64,000 bases of DNA from Anaerolineae bacterium (GTDB taxonomy: Bacteria > Chloroflexota > Anaerolineae > Aggregatilineales > Ch27), in NCBI GenBank assembly GCA_034435395.1, contig DAOTXK010000268.1, positions 2,200 through 66,199 on the forward strand, written 5' to 3'. Numbering within the stretch: the stretch's first letter is position 1; the number at the start of each line of letters is the position of its first letter. Below, piece by piece: positions 49,572 through 58,882 of the stretch. The position numbers and the translations under genes are program-made. The notes below the pieces were generated by a model that was given only the letters and a program-made list of their open reading frames with translations, was not told the origin of the DNA and did not search any database.

Positions 49572-49604
49572 CTTCGTCAGATTACCAACCACATATTCCT
49601 GGAA

Positions 49605-49792
49605 CACTCTTATCCAGAGCGGCGGAGGGACCGGCCCTGCGAAGCCGCGGCAACCCTCATTGAGACGGCTGTCATCCAGCCCGATCTCAGAGAAGGTGCC
49701 AATTCCTGCAGACTGAAATGTCTGGAAGATGAGAGCGCGTCTGTGACCCTGATTACAGCAACTCCCTCTCATCACGAGAGGGAGTTTTTGTT
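49605..49792 (+). promoter_or_regulatory. SAM-I (S-box) riboswitch with terminator
   Basis: CTCTTATCCAGAGCGGCGGAGGGACCGGCCCTGCGAAGCCGCGGCAACC ... GGTGCCAATTCCTGCAG ... GAAGATGAGAG matches the S-box core. Terminator ACTCCCTCTC-ATCAC-GAGAGGGAGT plus TTTTTG at 49761-49792, whose 5' arm can alternatively pair with the P1 3' strand. Confidence 0.92.
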
Positions 49793-49856
49793 GCGGACTG
49801 TGGCCTCAGGAGTGTTCCCCCAAACTGCGCGTCAGCCTGCCTGAGGAGGCCAAGCC

Positions 49857-51095
49857 ATGTTAACCCAGCCCGACCTGATTGAGGACACCCGACCCGCGAC
49901 TATTGTGGCGGCACCTGCCGCCCCTCGTGCATCCACCCGCGCTGTGCATGGCGGCACCATCCGCCGCAAAGACCAGCACAGCCTCACCACACCCATCTTT
50001 CAGACCGCCACCTTCACCTTCGCCAATACCGCTGAGTTGCTGGAATTCGTCACCGGTCAGGATACCAACCGCGAAGAATACGGGCGCTATGGAAACCCCA
50101 CCATCAATGCGGTGGAACGCAAGCTGGCGGTGCTCGATGGCGGAGAAGATGCGGTCCTGTTCGCTTCTGGCATGACGGCGGTGACATCGGTGTTGCTGGC
50201 GAGCCTGCCCACCGGGGCGCACATCATCATGACCCATGACTGCTACCGACGGACGCGCCAGTTCTGCCAGGAGTATCTCCCCCGCCTGGGAATCGAGACC
50301 ACCATCGTGGCGATGGGCAACTATGACGCCCTGGAAGCGGCCATCCGGCCCGGCCAGACCCGATTTATCCTCTCCGAAAGCCCCACCAACCCCTATCTGC
50401 GGGTCGCTGACCTGGAACGGATCGCGGCCCTTGGTCGGCAGTACCACGTGCGCACGCTGATCGATAGCACCTTCGCCACCCCCATCAACCAGCGCGCCCT
50501 GGAATGGGGAATTGACGTGGTGATCCACAGCGCCACCAAGTATCTCTCCGGCCACAATGACCTGCTGGCTGGCGTCGTGGTCGGCAAAGGCCCCTTTATC
50601 CAGGCGATCCGCGAGGCGCGGGGCGTGCTGGGCAACCTGGTTGACCCGCAGAACGCCTTCCTGCTGGAGCGTGGCTTGAAGACCCTGGCGCTGCGGGTCC
50701 GGCAGCAAAACGCGACCGCTCAGGCGGTGGCCGAGTATCTGGAGAATCATCCCAAGATCGAGCGCGTATGGTATCCTGGCCTGGCCAGCCACCCCGATCA
50801 CGCCGTGGCCGCTGCCCAGATGAGCGGCTTTGGTGGCGTGGTGAGCTTTGAGACCAGGGCCACCCTGGCGGAGACCAGCCGCTTTGTCGACGCCATGCGG
50901 ATTCCGTACATTGCGCCCAGCTTCGGCGGCGTTGAAAGTCTGATCGAGCAGCCGGCGATCATCTCCTATCACGATGTGCCGCCGGAGGAGCGCGCCGCCA
51001 TCGGCATCAAAGACAACCTGGTCCGCTTCGCCGTCGGCATCGAAGACACCGAAGACATCCTGGACGATCTGGAACAGGCGCTACGCGTGCTCTAG
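49857..51095 (+). CDS. Cys/Met-metabolism PLP enzyme (cystathionine gamma-synthase / O-acylhomoserine thiolyase family)
   Basis: PLP-lysine motif HSATKYLSGHNDLLAG. 412 aa, under SAM riboswitch control. Confidence 0.85.
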   Translation: MLTQPDLIEDTRPATIVAAPAAPRASTRAVHGGTIRRKDQHSLTTPIFQTATFTFANTAELLEFVTGQDTNREEYGRYGNPTINAVERKLAVLDGGEDAVLFASGMTAVTSVLLASLPTGAHIIMTHDCYRRTRQFCQEYLPRLGIETTIVAMGNYDALEAAIRPGQTRFILSESPTNPYLRVADLERIAALGRQYHVRTLIDSTFATPINQRALEWGIDVVIHSATKYLSGHNDLLAGVVVGKGPFIQAIREARGVLGNLVDPQNAFLLERGLKTLALRVRQQNATAQAVAEYLENHPKIERVWYPGLASHPDHAVAAAQMSGFGGVVSFETRATLAETSRFVDAMRIPYIAPSFGGVESLIEQPAIISYHDVPPEERAAIGIKDNLVRFAVGIEDTEDILDDLEQALRVL

Positions 51096-52388
51096 CTCTT
51101 CATTGCCCACGGCTGCCAGCAATTCGCGGACGGCATTGAGCGATGGCTCGATGCGGTGCAGGTGATTGGCATAGCGCGCGGCGATGCCGTCAAGCTGCTC
51201 TGCATGATAATCGACAATAATCGACGGGTCTTTGAGCACATGGCCGGTCAGAATGCCCACGACTTTTTCGTCAGGTCGAATGACCCCGCCCTCGGCCAGC
51301 TTGCGCGTGCCTGCCAGGGCACACGCCGATGCCGGTTCGCAGCCGATGCCGCTGGCGTCGATCTGGGCCTTGGCGTCCAGGATTTCCTGATCGGTCACCT
51401 CTTCAACCACCCCGTCCGTCCAACGCAACGCGCGCACCGCTTTGTCATAGTTAACTGGATCGCCGATCTTGATCGCCGTCGCCAGCGTATGGGCCTCGAC
51501 GCGCTCATGGGTGGAGAAACCAGCCCGATAGCCCCGGTACAGCGGGTTGGCCCCTGCCGCCTGAATCACGGCCAGCCGGGGCAAACGATCGATCAGCCCC
51601 AGCTCATGCAGTTCGTGAAGCGCCTTGCCAAACGCGGAACTGTTGCCGAGGTTGCCGCCCGGCACCACAATCCAGTCGGGAATCTGCCACCGCAATTGCT
51701 GCAATAACTCGAAGACGATGGTCTTCTGCCCTTCCAGCCGGAAGGGATTCACCGAATTGAGCAGGTAAATGCCCAGTGCGTCGGCCACTTGCCGCACAAG
51801 ACGCATGGCTATATCAAAATCGCCGGGAATCTGCACGCACGTCGCGCCATAGGCCACGGCCTGCGCCAGCTTGCCCAGCGCCACCTGGCCTTCCTGAAAA
51901 AACACAATCGCGCTCAGCCCTCCCAGCGCCGCATATGAAGCCAGCGAGGCAGATGTGTTGCCAGTGGAGGCGCAGGCCACCCGGCGCATCCCCAGGATTC
52001 GGGCCTGGGTCACGCCGCCGGTCATGCCTCGATCCTTGAACGAGCCTGTCGGATTCTCCCCTTCATGCTTGAGCCACAAGTGCTTGAGACCCGCCCAGCG
52101 GGCCAACCAGGGAGTCTCATACAGATTGGTGTTGCCCTCAGGGCGACTGACGATCCGATCGTTGGCCGCTCCAGGGTAGACCAGTTCTTTGAACCGCCAG
52201 ACCCCGCTGCGATAGGGCGCTGCCAGCGCGCCCAGCCGCTCATCGAACAGCTGTCGGGACACCCGCCCGTGCAGCGACTCGAGATCATGCTGCACATCCA
52301 GCAGCCCCCCGCACGATGGGCAGTCATAAACCAGCTGATCGATGGGATATTCGGCCCCACAGGAAATACACTTGAGCAGGCTTTGCAT
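51081..52388 (-). CDS. thrC: threonine synthase (with N-terminal zinc-ribbon)
   Basis: CISCGAEY..CPSCGG zinc ribbon and PLP-lysine region NPTGSFKDRG. Confidence 0.9.
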   Translation of the reverse strand: MQSLLKCISCGAEYPIDQLVYDCPSCGGLLDVQHDLESLHGRVSRQLFDERLGALAAPYRSGVWRFKELVYPGAANDRIVSRPEGNTNLYETPWLARWAGLKHLWLKHEGENPTGSFKDRGMTGGVTQARILGMRRVACASTGNTSASLASYAALGGLSAIVFFQEGQVALGKLAQAVAYGATCVQIPGDFDIAMRLVRQVADALGIYLLNSVNPFRLEGQKTIVFELLQQLRWQIPDWIVVPGGNLGNSSAFGKALHELHELGLIDRLPRLAVIQAAGANPLYRGYRAGFSTHERVEAHTLATAIKIGDPVNYDKAVRALRWTDGVVEEVTDQEILDAKAQIDASGIGCEPASACALAGTRKLAEGGVIRPDEKVVGILTGHVLKDPSIIVDYHAEQLDGIAARYANHLHRIEPSLNAVRELLAAVGNEELEHA

Positions 52389-52485
52389 GATCCCCCATCA
52401 TTTTCTATAGTTGCTGTGCTCACCGGTCGACCGCGCGATGGCTTGAGCCCGCATATCATAACCGCGCCAACAGGATGATACCAAT

Positions 52486-53427
52486 ATGTCCCTATCAACC
52501 GCGACCGCTTACGCGCCCGCCACCGTTGCCAACTTAGGCCCTGGTTTCGATGTGCTGGGTCTGGCCCTGCCCGCGCCCGGCGACACAGTGACGGTGGAGT
52601 TAACCGACACCCCTGGCGTCACGCTGCTGCAAATCACCGGCGATAATGGCATGCTGCCCACCGACCCCCAAAAGAACACCGCTTGCGTGGCAGCTCATCA
52701 CGTGTTACAGACCGCCGTTCCCCGGGAAGGGGTTGCGCTCCGTCTGCACAAAGCGCTTCCCCTGGCCAGCGGGCTGGGCAGCAGTGCGGCCAGCGCGGTG
52801 GCGGCGGCGGTGGCCGTCAACGCGCTCCTGGGGGAGCCACTGAGCCGACCGGAGTTGCTGCCGGCCTGCGTGGCAGCCGAGGCCGTCGTCAGCGGCCGCC
52901 ACGCGGATAACGTGGCACCCGCCTTACTGGGCGGGATCGTGCTGGTCACCGGGTTCACCCCTGCCGATGTGTTCCGGCTGCCCACGCCGCCCGACCTGCA
53001 CCTGGCAGTCGTCTCGCCACATGTCGCAGTCCCCACTGCCGAAGCGCGCGCTGTACTGCCCAAAAGCGTTCCTCTGCCTTCCATGGTACACCAAACTGCA
53101 CAGGTCGGGCTGCTGGTTCATGCCCTCCACCAGGGCGATACGACCCTGCTGGCACGCGCGGTGGGTAGCGATCTGGTCGTTGAACCGGCCCGCGCTCACC
53201 TGATGCCACTCTTTCGCGAGGCCCAGGCGGCAGCTCGTGAGGCTGGCGCGCTGGCAACCATCATCAGTGGGGCCGGGCCGACCGTGTGCGCGCTGTGCAC
53301 TTCCGCCCAGGACGCCCAGGCCGTCGCCGAAACGCTCACCCACCTTTACACCACCCGGGGAATCGAAGCGACTGCCCAGGCCACCACCGTCGCCCAGGAA
53401 GGCGCCCGCGTGCTCCACCTGGGTTAG
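52486..53427 (+). CDS. thrB: homoserine kinase
   Basis: APATVANLGPGFDVLG and GHMP motif PLASGLGSSAASAVA. Confidence 0.9.
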   Translation: MSLSTATAYAPATVANLGPGFDVLGLALPAPGDTVTVELTDTPGVTLLQITGDNGMLPTDPQKNTACVAAHHVLQTAVPREGVALRLHKALPLASGLGSSAASAVAAAVAVNALLGEPLSRPELLPACVAAEAVVSGRHADNVAPALLGGIVLVTGFTPADVFRLPTPPDLHLAVVSPHVAVPTAEARAVLPKSVPLPSMVHQTAQVGLLVHALHQGDTTLLARAVGSDLVVEPARAHLMPLFREAQAAAREAGALATIISGAGPTVCALCTSAQDAQAVAETLTHLYTTRGIEATAQATTVAQEGARVLHLG

Positions 53428-53531
53428 GTCTACGAACCACAAGCGTTCCCAGGCGTGTTGCACCGCCTTTTCTTTCATGCTAGACTGGGCATCACATACG
53501 CACCCTTGGGCATCCTATTGTACTCATAACC

Positions 53532-54677
53532 ATGGCCGAGAGAATTCTGATCGTAGACGACGATGTTGATAGCTTGAAGCTGATCGGCTTGATGCTGCAA
53601 CGGCAAGGCTACGAGATCTCCGCCGCCAATTCAGGTAGCCAGGCCCTTAACAAGGTAGTCGTCGAACCACCTGACCTGATCATCCTGGACGTGATGATGC
53701 CGGACATGGACGGCTATGAAGTCTGCCGTCGTCTGCGAGCGGATCCCAAAACTCAGAATATACCCATCATCATGTTCACCGCCAAAACGTTGGTCGACGA
53801 CAAAGTGGCCGGGTTCGAAGCTGGCGCTGACGACTACCTGACCAAGCCCACTCATCCTGCCGAACTGGCTTCTCGCGTCAAAGCCGTCCTGGCCCGCAGC
53901 ACGGCCAAGAAGGGCGCTGCCAGCGATCGGGCCAGTTTGATCGGCGTACTCGGCACACGCGGTGGCGTAGGGACGACCACCGTCGCTGCCAACGTCGCTT
54001 CGGCTCTTGCTAAGAAGGAAACCACTATCCTGGCCGACTTCCGCCCTGGCCAGGGCAGTTTGAGCGCCTCGCTGGGGTTCACGCGGGTCTCCGGCCTGGC
54101 CAACCTGGTCACTCGCTCCCCCAACGAGTTGACCGCGCGGGTGGTGGGGGGGGAACTGGTCCATCACAGCTCAGGGATCAGACTTCTACTATCGTCCACG
54201 AAGCCCAAAGAGGCGCAGATTGCCATCTCCCCGGATGTGGCGGCAGCTATTGTCTGGCAACTGCGCGGCCTGGCCCAGGTCGTCGTCCTTGATCTGGGCG
54301 TGGGCCTGACCACCGTCAATCAGCGGCTCTTACGAGATGTCAACCACCTGATACTGGTCACCGACCCCCAGCGCGTCACGCTCACCATGGCTCGGGAGTT
54401 GCTGAATGAACTGGGTGACACCGGCCTTGGACAGGGCGTGGTCAGTATCGTGCTCGTCAATCGAACCCATTCCAGCCTGCAGGTATCCTGGCAGGAAGCT
54501 GAACAGATCCTGGGCCGCGATATGCTGGCGATCATCTCCCCTGCCCCTGAGCTGGCCTTCCAGGCAAATGAAGCCGGTGTGCCGATCGTCCACCTGCAGC
54601 CAGGGGCCATTGTCGCCAGTCAGTTTCTCAAGCTAGCCGACGAGGTTGGCGTGCGCGTACATAGCAATAGCCAGTAG
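53532..54677 (+). CDS. response-regulator receiver fused to CpaE/TadZ-like (MinD/ParA-family) ATPase-like domain
   Basis: Canonical REC residues (VDDD.., IILDVMMPDMDG, MFTAK). LIGVLGTRGGVGTTTVAANVA is a P-loop-like segment lacking the GK[ST] lysine. Confidence 0.8.
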   Translation: MAERILIVDDDVDSLKLIGLMLQRQGYEISAANSGSQALNKVVVEPPDLIILDVMMPDMDGYEVCRRLRADPKTQNIPIIMFTAKTLVDDKVAGFEAGADDYLTKPTHPAELASRVKAVLARSTAKKGAASDRASLIGVLGTRGGVGTTTVAANVASALAKKETTILADFRPGQGSLSASLGFTRVSGLANLVTRSPNELTARVVGGELVHHSSGIRLLLSSTKPKEAQIAISPDVAAAIVWQLRGLAQVVVLDLGVGLTTVNQRLLRDVNHLILVTDPQRVTLTMARELLNELGDTGLGQGVVSIVLVNRTHSSLQVSWQEAEQILGRDMLAIISPAPELAFQANEAGVPIVHLQPGAIVASQFLKLADEVGVRVHSNSQ

Positions 54678-54770
54678 CATGGGGGCCGGCCAGGGGCGCG
54701 GTCGTCCCGGGCCAGGCGCGTTCGACGGGAGATGGTGGCACAGGCGGTAATTTTCACATATAGTTAGTTT

Positions 54771-55532
54771 ATGATCGAAGAAGCCGTCCAACGTGCTGCC
54801 TGCTTGATACGCGAGGCTGAATATGCAATTGCGCTTACGGGGGCCGGCATCAGCACACCGTCAGGAATCCCTGACTTCCGCAGCCCGAATTCCGGCCTCT
54901 GGGAGACGGAAAACCCGATTGAAGTTGCCAGTCTCTTAGGCTTTAAGCGTCGCCCACAGGCTTTCTACGATTGGATTCGGCCACTGGCCAAGACGTTCCT
55001 GGCAGCGGAGCCTAATCCGGCCCATCTGGCTCTGGCAGAGTTGGAGAAAGCCGGTTATGTCAAAGTTATCATCACGCAGAACATTGACATGTTGCATACC
55101 AAGGCAGGATCAACAGCGGTCGCTGAGATCCATGGCCATTTGCGTCAATTGACCTGTATCGAGTGTTTTGCCGAGTATGATGCCGGGCCGATCATCAGCC
55201 AGTTTATGGATGACGGGGCAGTGCCTCGCTGTCCCCAATGCCAGGGGGTTCTGAAGCCGAACATCATACTATTTGGGGAGCAACTGCCCGTGCGGCAGCT
55301 GTTTGCGGCTCAGCAGGCGGTGCGCCGATGTGATCTGATGCTCGTCGCTGGCTCTTCGTTGCAGGTGGCACCGGCGGGGGATTTGCCAATGCTGGCCAGA
55401 CAGCGCAACGCCAGGCTCATCATCATTAACCGCGAGGAGACTTATGCCGATCAGATGGCTGATCTCGTGTTCCGGGATGATATCGCCGCTACGCTCCCTC
55501 GAATTGCCGCGGCGGTGATGGAGGGGAAGTAG
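54771..55532 (+). CDS. cobB: NAD-dependent protein deacylase (Sir2/CobB family)
   Basis: GAGISTPSGIPDFRS, catalytic EIHGHL, Zn ribbon CIEC..CPQC. 253 aa. Confidence 0.9.
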   Translation: MIEEAVQRAACLIREAEYAIALTGAGISTPSGIPDFRSPNSGLWETENPIEVASLLGFKRRPQAFYDWIRPLAKTFLAAEPNPAHLALAELEKAGYVKVIITQNIDMLHTKAGSTAVAEIHGHLRQLTCIECFAEYDAGPIISQFMDDGAVPRCPQCQGVLKPNIILFGEQLPVRQLFAAQQAVRRCDLMLVAGSSLQVAPAGDLPMLARQRNARLIIINREETYADQMADLVFRDDIAATLPRIAAAVMEGK

Positions 55533-55536
55533 GCTT

Positions 55537-56805
55537 ATGGCTACACCAGATACGGCGCGCGGCCACGATGAGGCCGTCCAAAACTACCTGCAGTTGATGG
55601 CGCGCTACGAACGCCTGATGGAGATCAGCCGCCAGCTCACCTCCACCCTCGACCTCACGGCACTCCTGGACCAGATCATCCAGGCAGCCATCGAACTCAC
55701 GGACAGTGAGAAGGCGTCGATCCTGCTGCTCGATCCGCAGACCGACGAACTGCGATTTGAAGCTGCCTCCGATATCAGCAGCGGCGCACGTGACGCCATC
55801 GTCGTGCCCAAAGAAGGCAGCATTGCCGGCTGGGTGGTCACTCACGGCGAGTTTATCCTGGTGCCTGACGTCCGCAATGAGCCGCGCTGGTTCCAGGACA
55901 TCGAGAAATCGGTCGAGACGAAAACCCGCAATATGCTGGCGGTGCCCATGCGCGCGCATACCAAGATCATCGGGGCGCTGGAGGCGGTGAACAAGCGCAA
56001 CGACGCGCCGTACACCGAAGATGACATCAATACGTTAAACACGCTGGCTGCTCACGCCGCCGTGGCCATCGAAACAGCGCGGCTGTTCCAGCAAAATGAC
56101 TTCATCGCCGAACTGGTTCACGAGCTACGCACGCCGCTGGCCGCCCTCACTGCCAGCATCGCCCTCCTGCTGCGCCCCAACCTCTCCGAGGACCGCCGTC
56201 ACGACATCATTCTAACCATGCAGCGGGAGACCGACCGCCTCAGCAAGATGACGACCGAGTTCCTCGACCTGGCCCGGCTGGAGTCCGGTCGCGCCCGGCT
56301 GGAACTCGCCCTGTTTGACCTCCGCGAGCTGATCGACGAAAGCGTGACCGTGGTCCAGCAACAGGCCAAAGAACGCAGCGTGACCATTCACATTGATTGT
56401 CGGGATAACACCGAGATCGAAGGGGATCGCGGGAAGATCAAACAGGTATTGCTGAACCTGCTCACCAATGCCATCAAATATAACCGGCAAAACGGCCACA
56501 TTTATGTGACAACCTCGCCTGCGCACGATGGCAAACAGGAGGTTATCCAGATTGCCGTCCGCGATACCGGCAAGGGAATCTCCAAAGAAAATCAGGCCCA
56601 CATGTTTGAGCGTTTTTACCGGGTCGCCGATACCGAGGGCTACACCCAGGGGACCGGCCTCGGACTGGTGATCGCCAAACGTATCATCGAAGCCCACGGC
56701 GGCAACATGTGGCTGGACAGCGAGCTGGGGGTTGGCACGACGTTTTATTTCACCGTGCCGCGCACCTCCTTCAAAACGCGCCCGACTGTCTCATCAACCC
56801 TCTGA
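55537..56805 (+). CDS. GAF-domain sensor histidine kinase
   Basis: GAF-like N-terminus (..IAGWVVTHGEFILVPD..), H-box VHELRTPLA, N-box NLLTNAIKYN, G-boxes DTGKGI / GTGLGL. Starts 4 nt after the Sir2 stop. Confidence 0.85.
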   Translation: MATPDTARGHDEAVQNYLQLMARYERLMEISRQLTSTLDLTALLDQIIQAAIELTDSEKASILLLDPQTDELRFEAASDISSGARDAIVVPKEGSIAGWVVTHGEFILVPDVRNEPRWFQDIEKSVETKTRNMLAVPMRAHTKIIGALEAVNKRNDAPYTEDDINTLNTLAAHAAVAIETARLFQQNDFIAELVHELRTPLAALTASIALLLRPNLSEDRRHDIILTMQRETDRLSKMTTEFLDLARLESGRARLELALFDLRELIDESVTVVQQQAKERSVTIHIDCRDNTEIEGDRGKIKQVLLNLLTNAIKYNRQNGHIYVTTSPAHDGKQEVIQIAVRDTGKGISKENQAHMFERFYRVADTEGYTQGTGLGLVIAKRIIEAHGGNMWLDSELGVGTTFYFTVPRTSFKTRPTVSSTL

Positions 56806-56810
56806 TTGTG

Positions 56811-57773
56811 TCACTGGCCTTTGGCGAAGAACAGCAGGACCTTCAGCACGCCCGGCCTGGCGGCCATCTCAAACGCCTTCACGCCATCCAACAATGAAAA
56901 TCGGTGTTCGATCAGGGCTTCCACGTCAACTGCTCCAGCGGCCAACAGCCGCAGGGCAGCGTCAAAGGGGCCGCACCGACTGCCCACAACGGTGACTTCC
57001 TGTACGGCGATGTGGGTGAGATCCGCCTGAGGCAGGCCATGGTATGTGCTTTTGAGGATCAGCGTCCCACGGGGTCGTAACAACTGTAGGGCATGGGCGA
57101 AACCTTCCTCTCGACCGGTGCAGTCCACCACCACATCCGCCTGAGCGGGAGGCATTTCTTGGAAGTGCGCCGACCGGATCCCCCACCGGGCCAGCAACTG
57201 ACTTTGCTTCTCGTGGCGCACAACTGTGGTCAGGTCTGCCCCGATCAGGCGGAGCACCTGGGCCACCAGCATCCCCAACTTGCCCGCCCCCAACACCACC
57301 ACCCGCGCCGAAGGACGGATATGCGCCACTTCCTCCACCTGGAGGGCCGCGGCCAGCGGTTCGGTGAACACGGCCTGCGTGTCGGATACCTGGTCGGGTA
57401 CCGCATGAAGGTTGCGCACGGGCAATGTCAGGTATTCGGCAAACGCGCCCGCACGCCCCTGGATGCCCAGGACGGTCCGATGACGGCAGTGTGACGGGAC
57501 GCCTGCCAGGCAAAAGTCGCACGTCCCACAGGCCACGTTGATCTCGCCCACGACGCGCCTGCCCAACCATGCCTCAGGCCCGGCGACGATCTCGCCCACG
57601 AACTCATGTCCCAGTATCCCCTGGTAGTTGTAATAACCCCGGACTAACTCCAGGTCCGTGTTGCATATCCCCGCCAGCCGGGTCCGGATCAGCGCTTCGC
57701 CCTCGCCGCAGTCCGGCTCAGGGGCTTCCGGCAGCAACTGCAACCGACCGTCGTACACCGCTACCGCGCGCAT
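56811..57773 (-). CDS. zinc-type alcohol dehydrogenase / MDR-family oxidoreductase
   Basis: GICNTDLELVRG..GHEFVGE zinc motif and GAGKLG NAD motif. Confidence 0.85.
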   Translation of the reverse strand: MRAVAVYDGRLQLLPEAPEPDCGEGEALIRTRLAGICNTDLELVRGYYNYQGILGHEFVGEIVAGPEAWLGRRVVGEINVACGTCDFCLAGVPSHCRHRTVLGIQGRAGAFAEYLTLPVRNLHAVPDQVSDTQAVFTEPLAAALQVEEVAHIRPSARVVVLGAGKLGMLVAQVLRLIGADLTTVVRHEKQSQLLARWGIRSAHFQEMPPAQADVVVDCTGREEGFAHALQLLRPRGTLILKSTYHGLPQADLTHIAVQEVTVVGSRCGPFDAALRLLAAGAVDVEALIEHRFSLLDGVKAFEMAARPGVLKVLLFFAKGQ

Positions 57774-57902
57774 CTTCCACCTCACTTGCCGCCTGACCCG
57801 CCACATGCGCGCCAGACTCTACTGTACAGGGCAGGAAATACACAGTCGGCAGCGAGACGGGCAGGCTGCCGACTGGAAAACGACTGTCTCATCACCAGCC
57901 CC

Positions 57903-58862
57903 TCAGGCGTGCTGCCGGCGCGCTCCCCGGAGCAACGGGATTTCGCCGTTTTCCCAGGCCACCAGCAGCGGCACAGCGTTAAAAATGGACGAGTACGTGC
58001 CACTGGCCAGACCGATGAACAGGATCGCCACAAACTGTTTGATCGTCTCCCCACCGAAAAGCAGAATCGCCGCCATGACGAAAAAGGCGTTCAACTGAGT
58101 CGCCAGGGAGCGGTGAATGGTTTCCAGCACGCTGCGATTGACCAGGATTTCATACGGCTCCCCCCGCCGGCGGTGGCTGTTCTCGCGGATGCGGTCGAAA
58201 ACCACGATGCTGTCCTGAACGGAATAGCCGAGCACGGTCAGCATGGCCGTCAGAAAAAGCGCGTCCACCTGCCAGCCGAAGGCCAGCCCCAGGATCGACA
58301 TGACGCCCATCACCACCAGAATGTCATGGATCATCGCCACAATCGCGCACACCCCATACCGGAACGCATTCGGCACCTGCCGAAACGCCCAGACGATAAA
58401 CACCAGGATCACGCCGGTTGCCACGATCACGGCCACAATTGCCGCCTGTGTCACCTCGGCACCGATGGTCGGCGTGACCTGCGCCACGCTGGTGGCGGCC
58501 TCGTCCAGCGGCGCAATTTGCTCGCTTAACGCCCGTTTGATATCCTCGGTCGCTTCAGGCTCAATGAACGCGGTCCGCGCCTGCCAGCGAGAGACCTCCG
58601 CCCCGGTTACCGCACCAATGGGCACCAACTGCTGGAGGACAATATCCGTCAGGTCAAACTGGGCAAAGACATCGCGGATCTGCTCTTCCGTAGCTGGTCC
58701 GTTGAACTGAAGCTCAAACAGACTGCCGCCCACGAAATCAATCCCCAGCTGGACGGGCGTGCCGAACGTGATTGCCGAGTAGATCATGGCCACGATCCCC
58801 GGCACAATGACCAGCCCCGAAAACAGGAAGTAGTACTTACGGTGTTTGACAATGTTAAACAT
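57903..58862 (-). CDS. secF: protein translocase subunit SecF
   Basis: MFNIVKHRKYYFLFSGLVIV.. and GIDFVGG. Six-TM SecF pattern. Confidence 0.95.
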   Translation of the reverse strand: MFNIVKHRKYYFLFSGLVIVPGIVAMIYSAITFGTPVQLGIDFVGGSLFELQFNGPATEEQIRDVFAQFDLTDIVLQQLVPIGAVTGAEVSRWQARTAFIEPEATEDIKRALSEQIAPLDEAATSVAQVTPTIGAEVTQAAIVAVIVATGVILVFIVWAFRQVPNAFRYGVCAIVAMIHDILVVMGVMSILGLAFGWQVDALFLTAMLTVLGYSVQDSIVVFDRIRENSHRRRGEPYEILVNRSVLETIHRSLATQLNAFFVMAAILLFGGETIKQFVAILFIGLASGTYSSIFNAVPLLVAWENGEIPLLRGARRQHA

Positions 58863-58882
58863 GTTGGTTGCTCTCCCCTGCC

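Noticed and set aside
49425-49775. Track ORFs overlapping the riboswitch leaders: 49425-49775(-), 49431-49844(+) and 27071-27445(-).
   Set aside because: They coincide with the SAM-I riboswitch and the Val T-box, whose conserved RNA cores explain the sequence. They show no coding signatures.
54771-55532. Sir2-domain gene as a possible anti-phage defence component (Thoeris/DSR/pAgo-like).
   Set aside because: It is a compact 253-aa CobB-type deacylase with an intact NAD pocket and a CxxC..CxxC zinc ribbon. It has no fused SLOG/TIR/Ago/helicase partner, and its neighbours are signalling genes.
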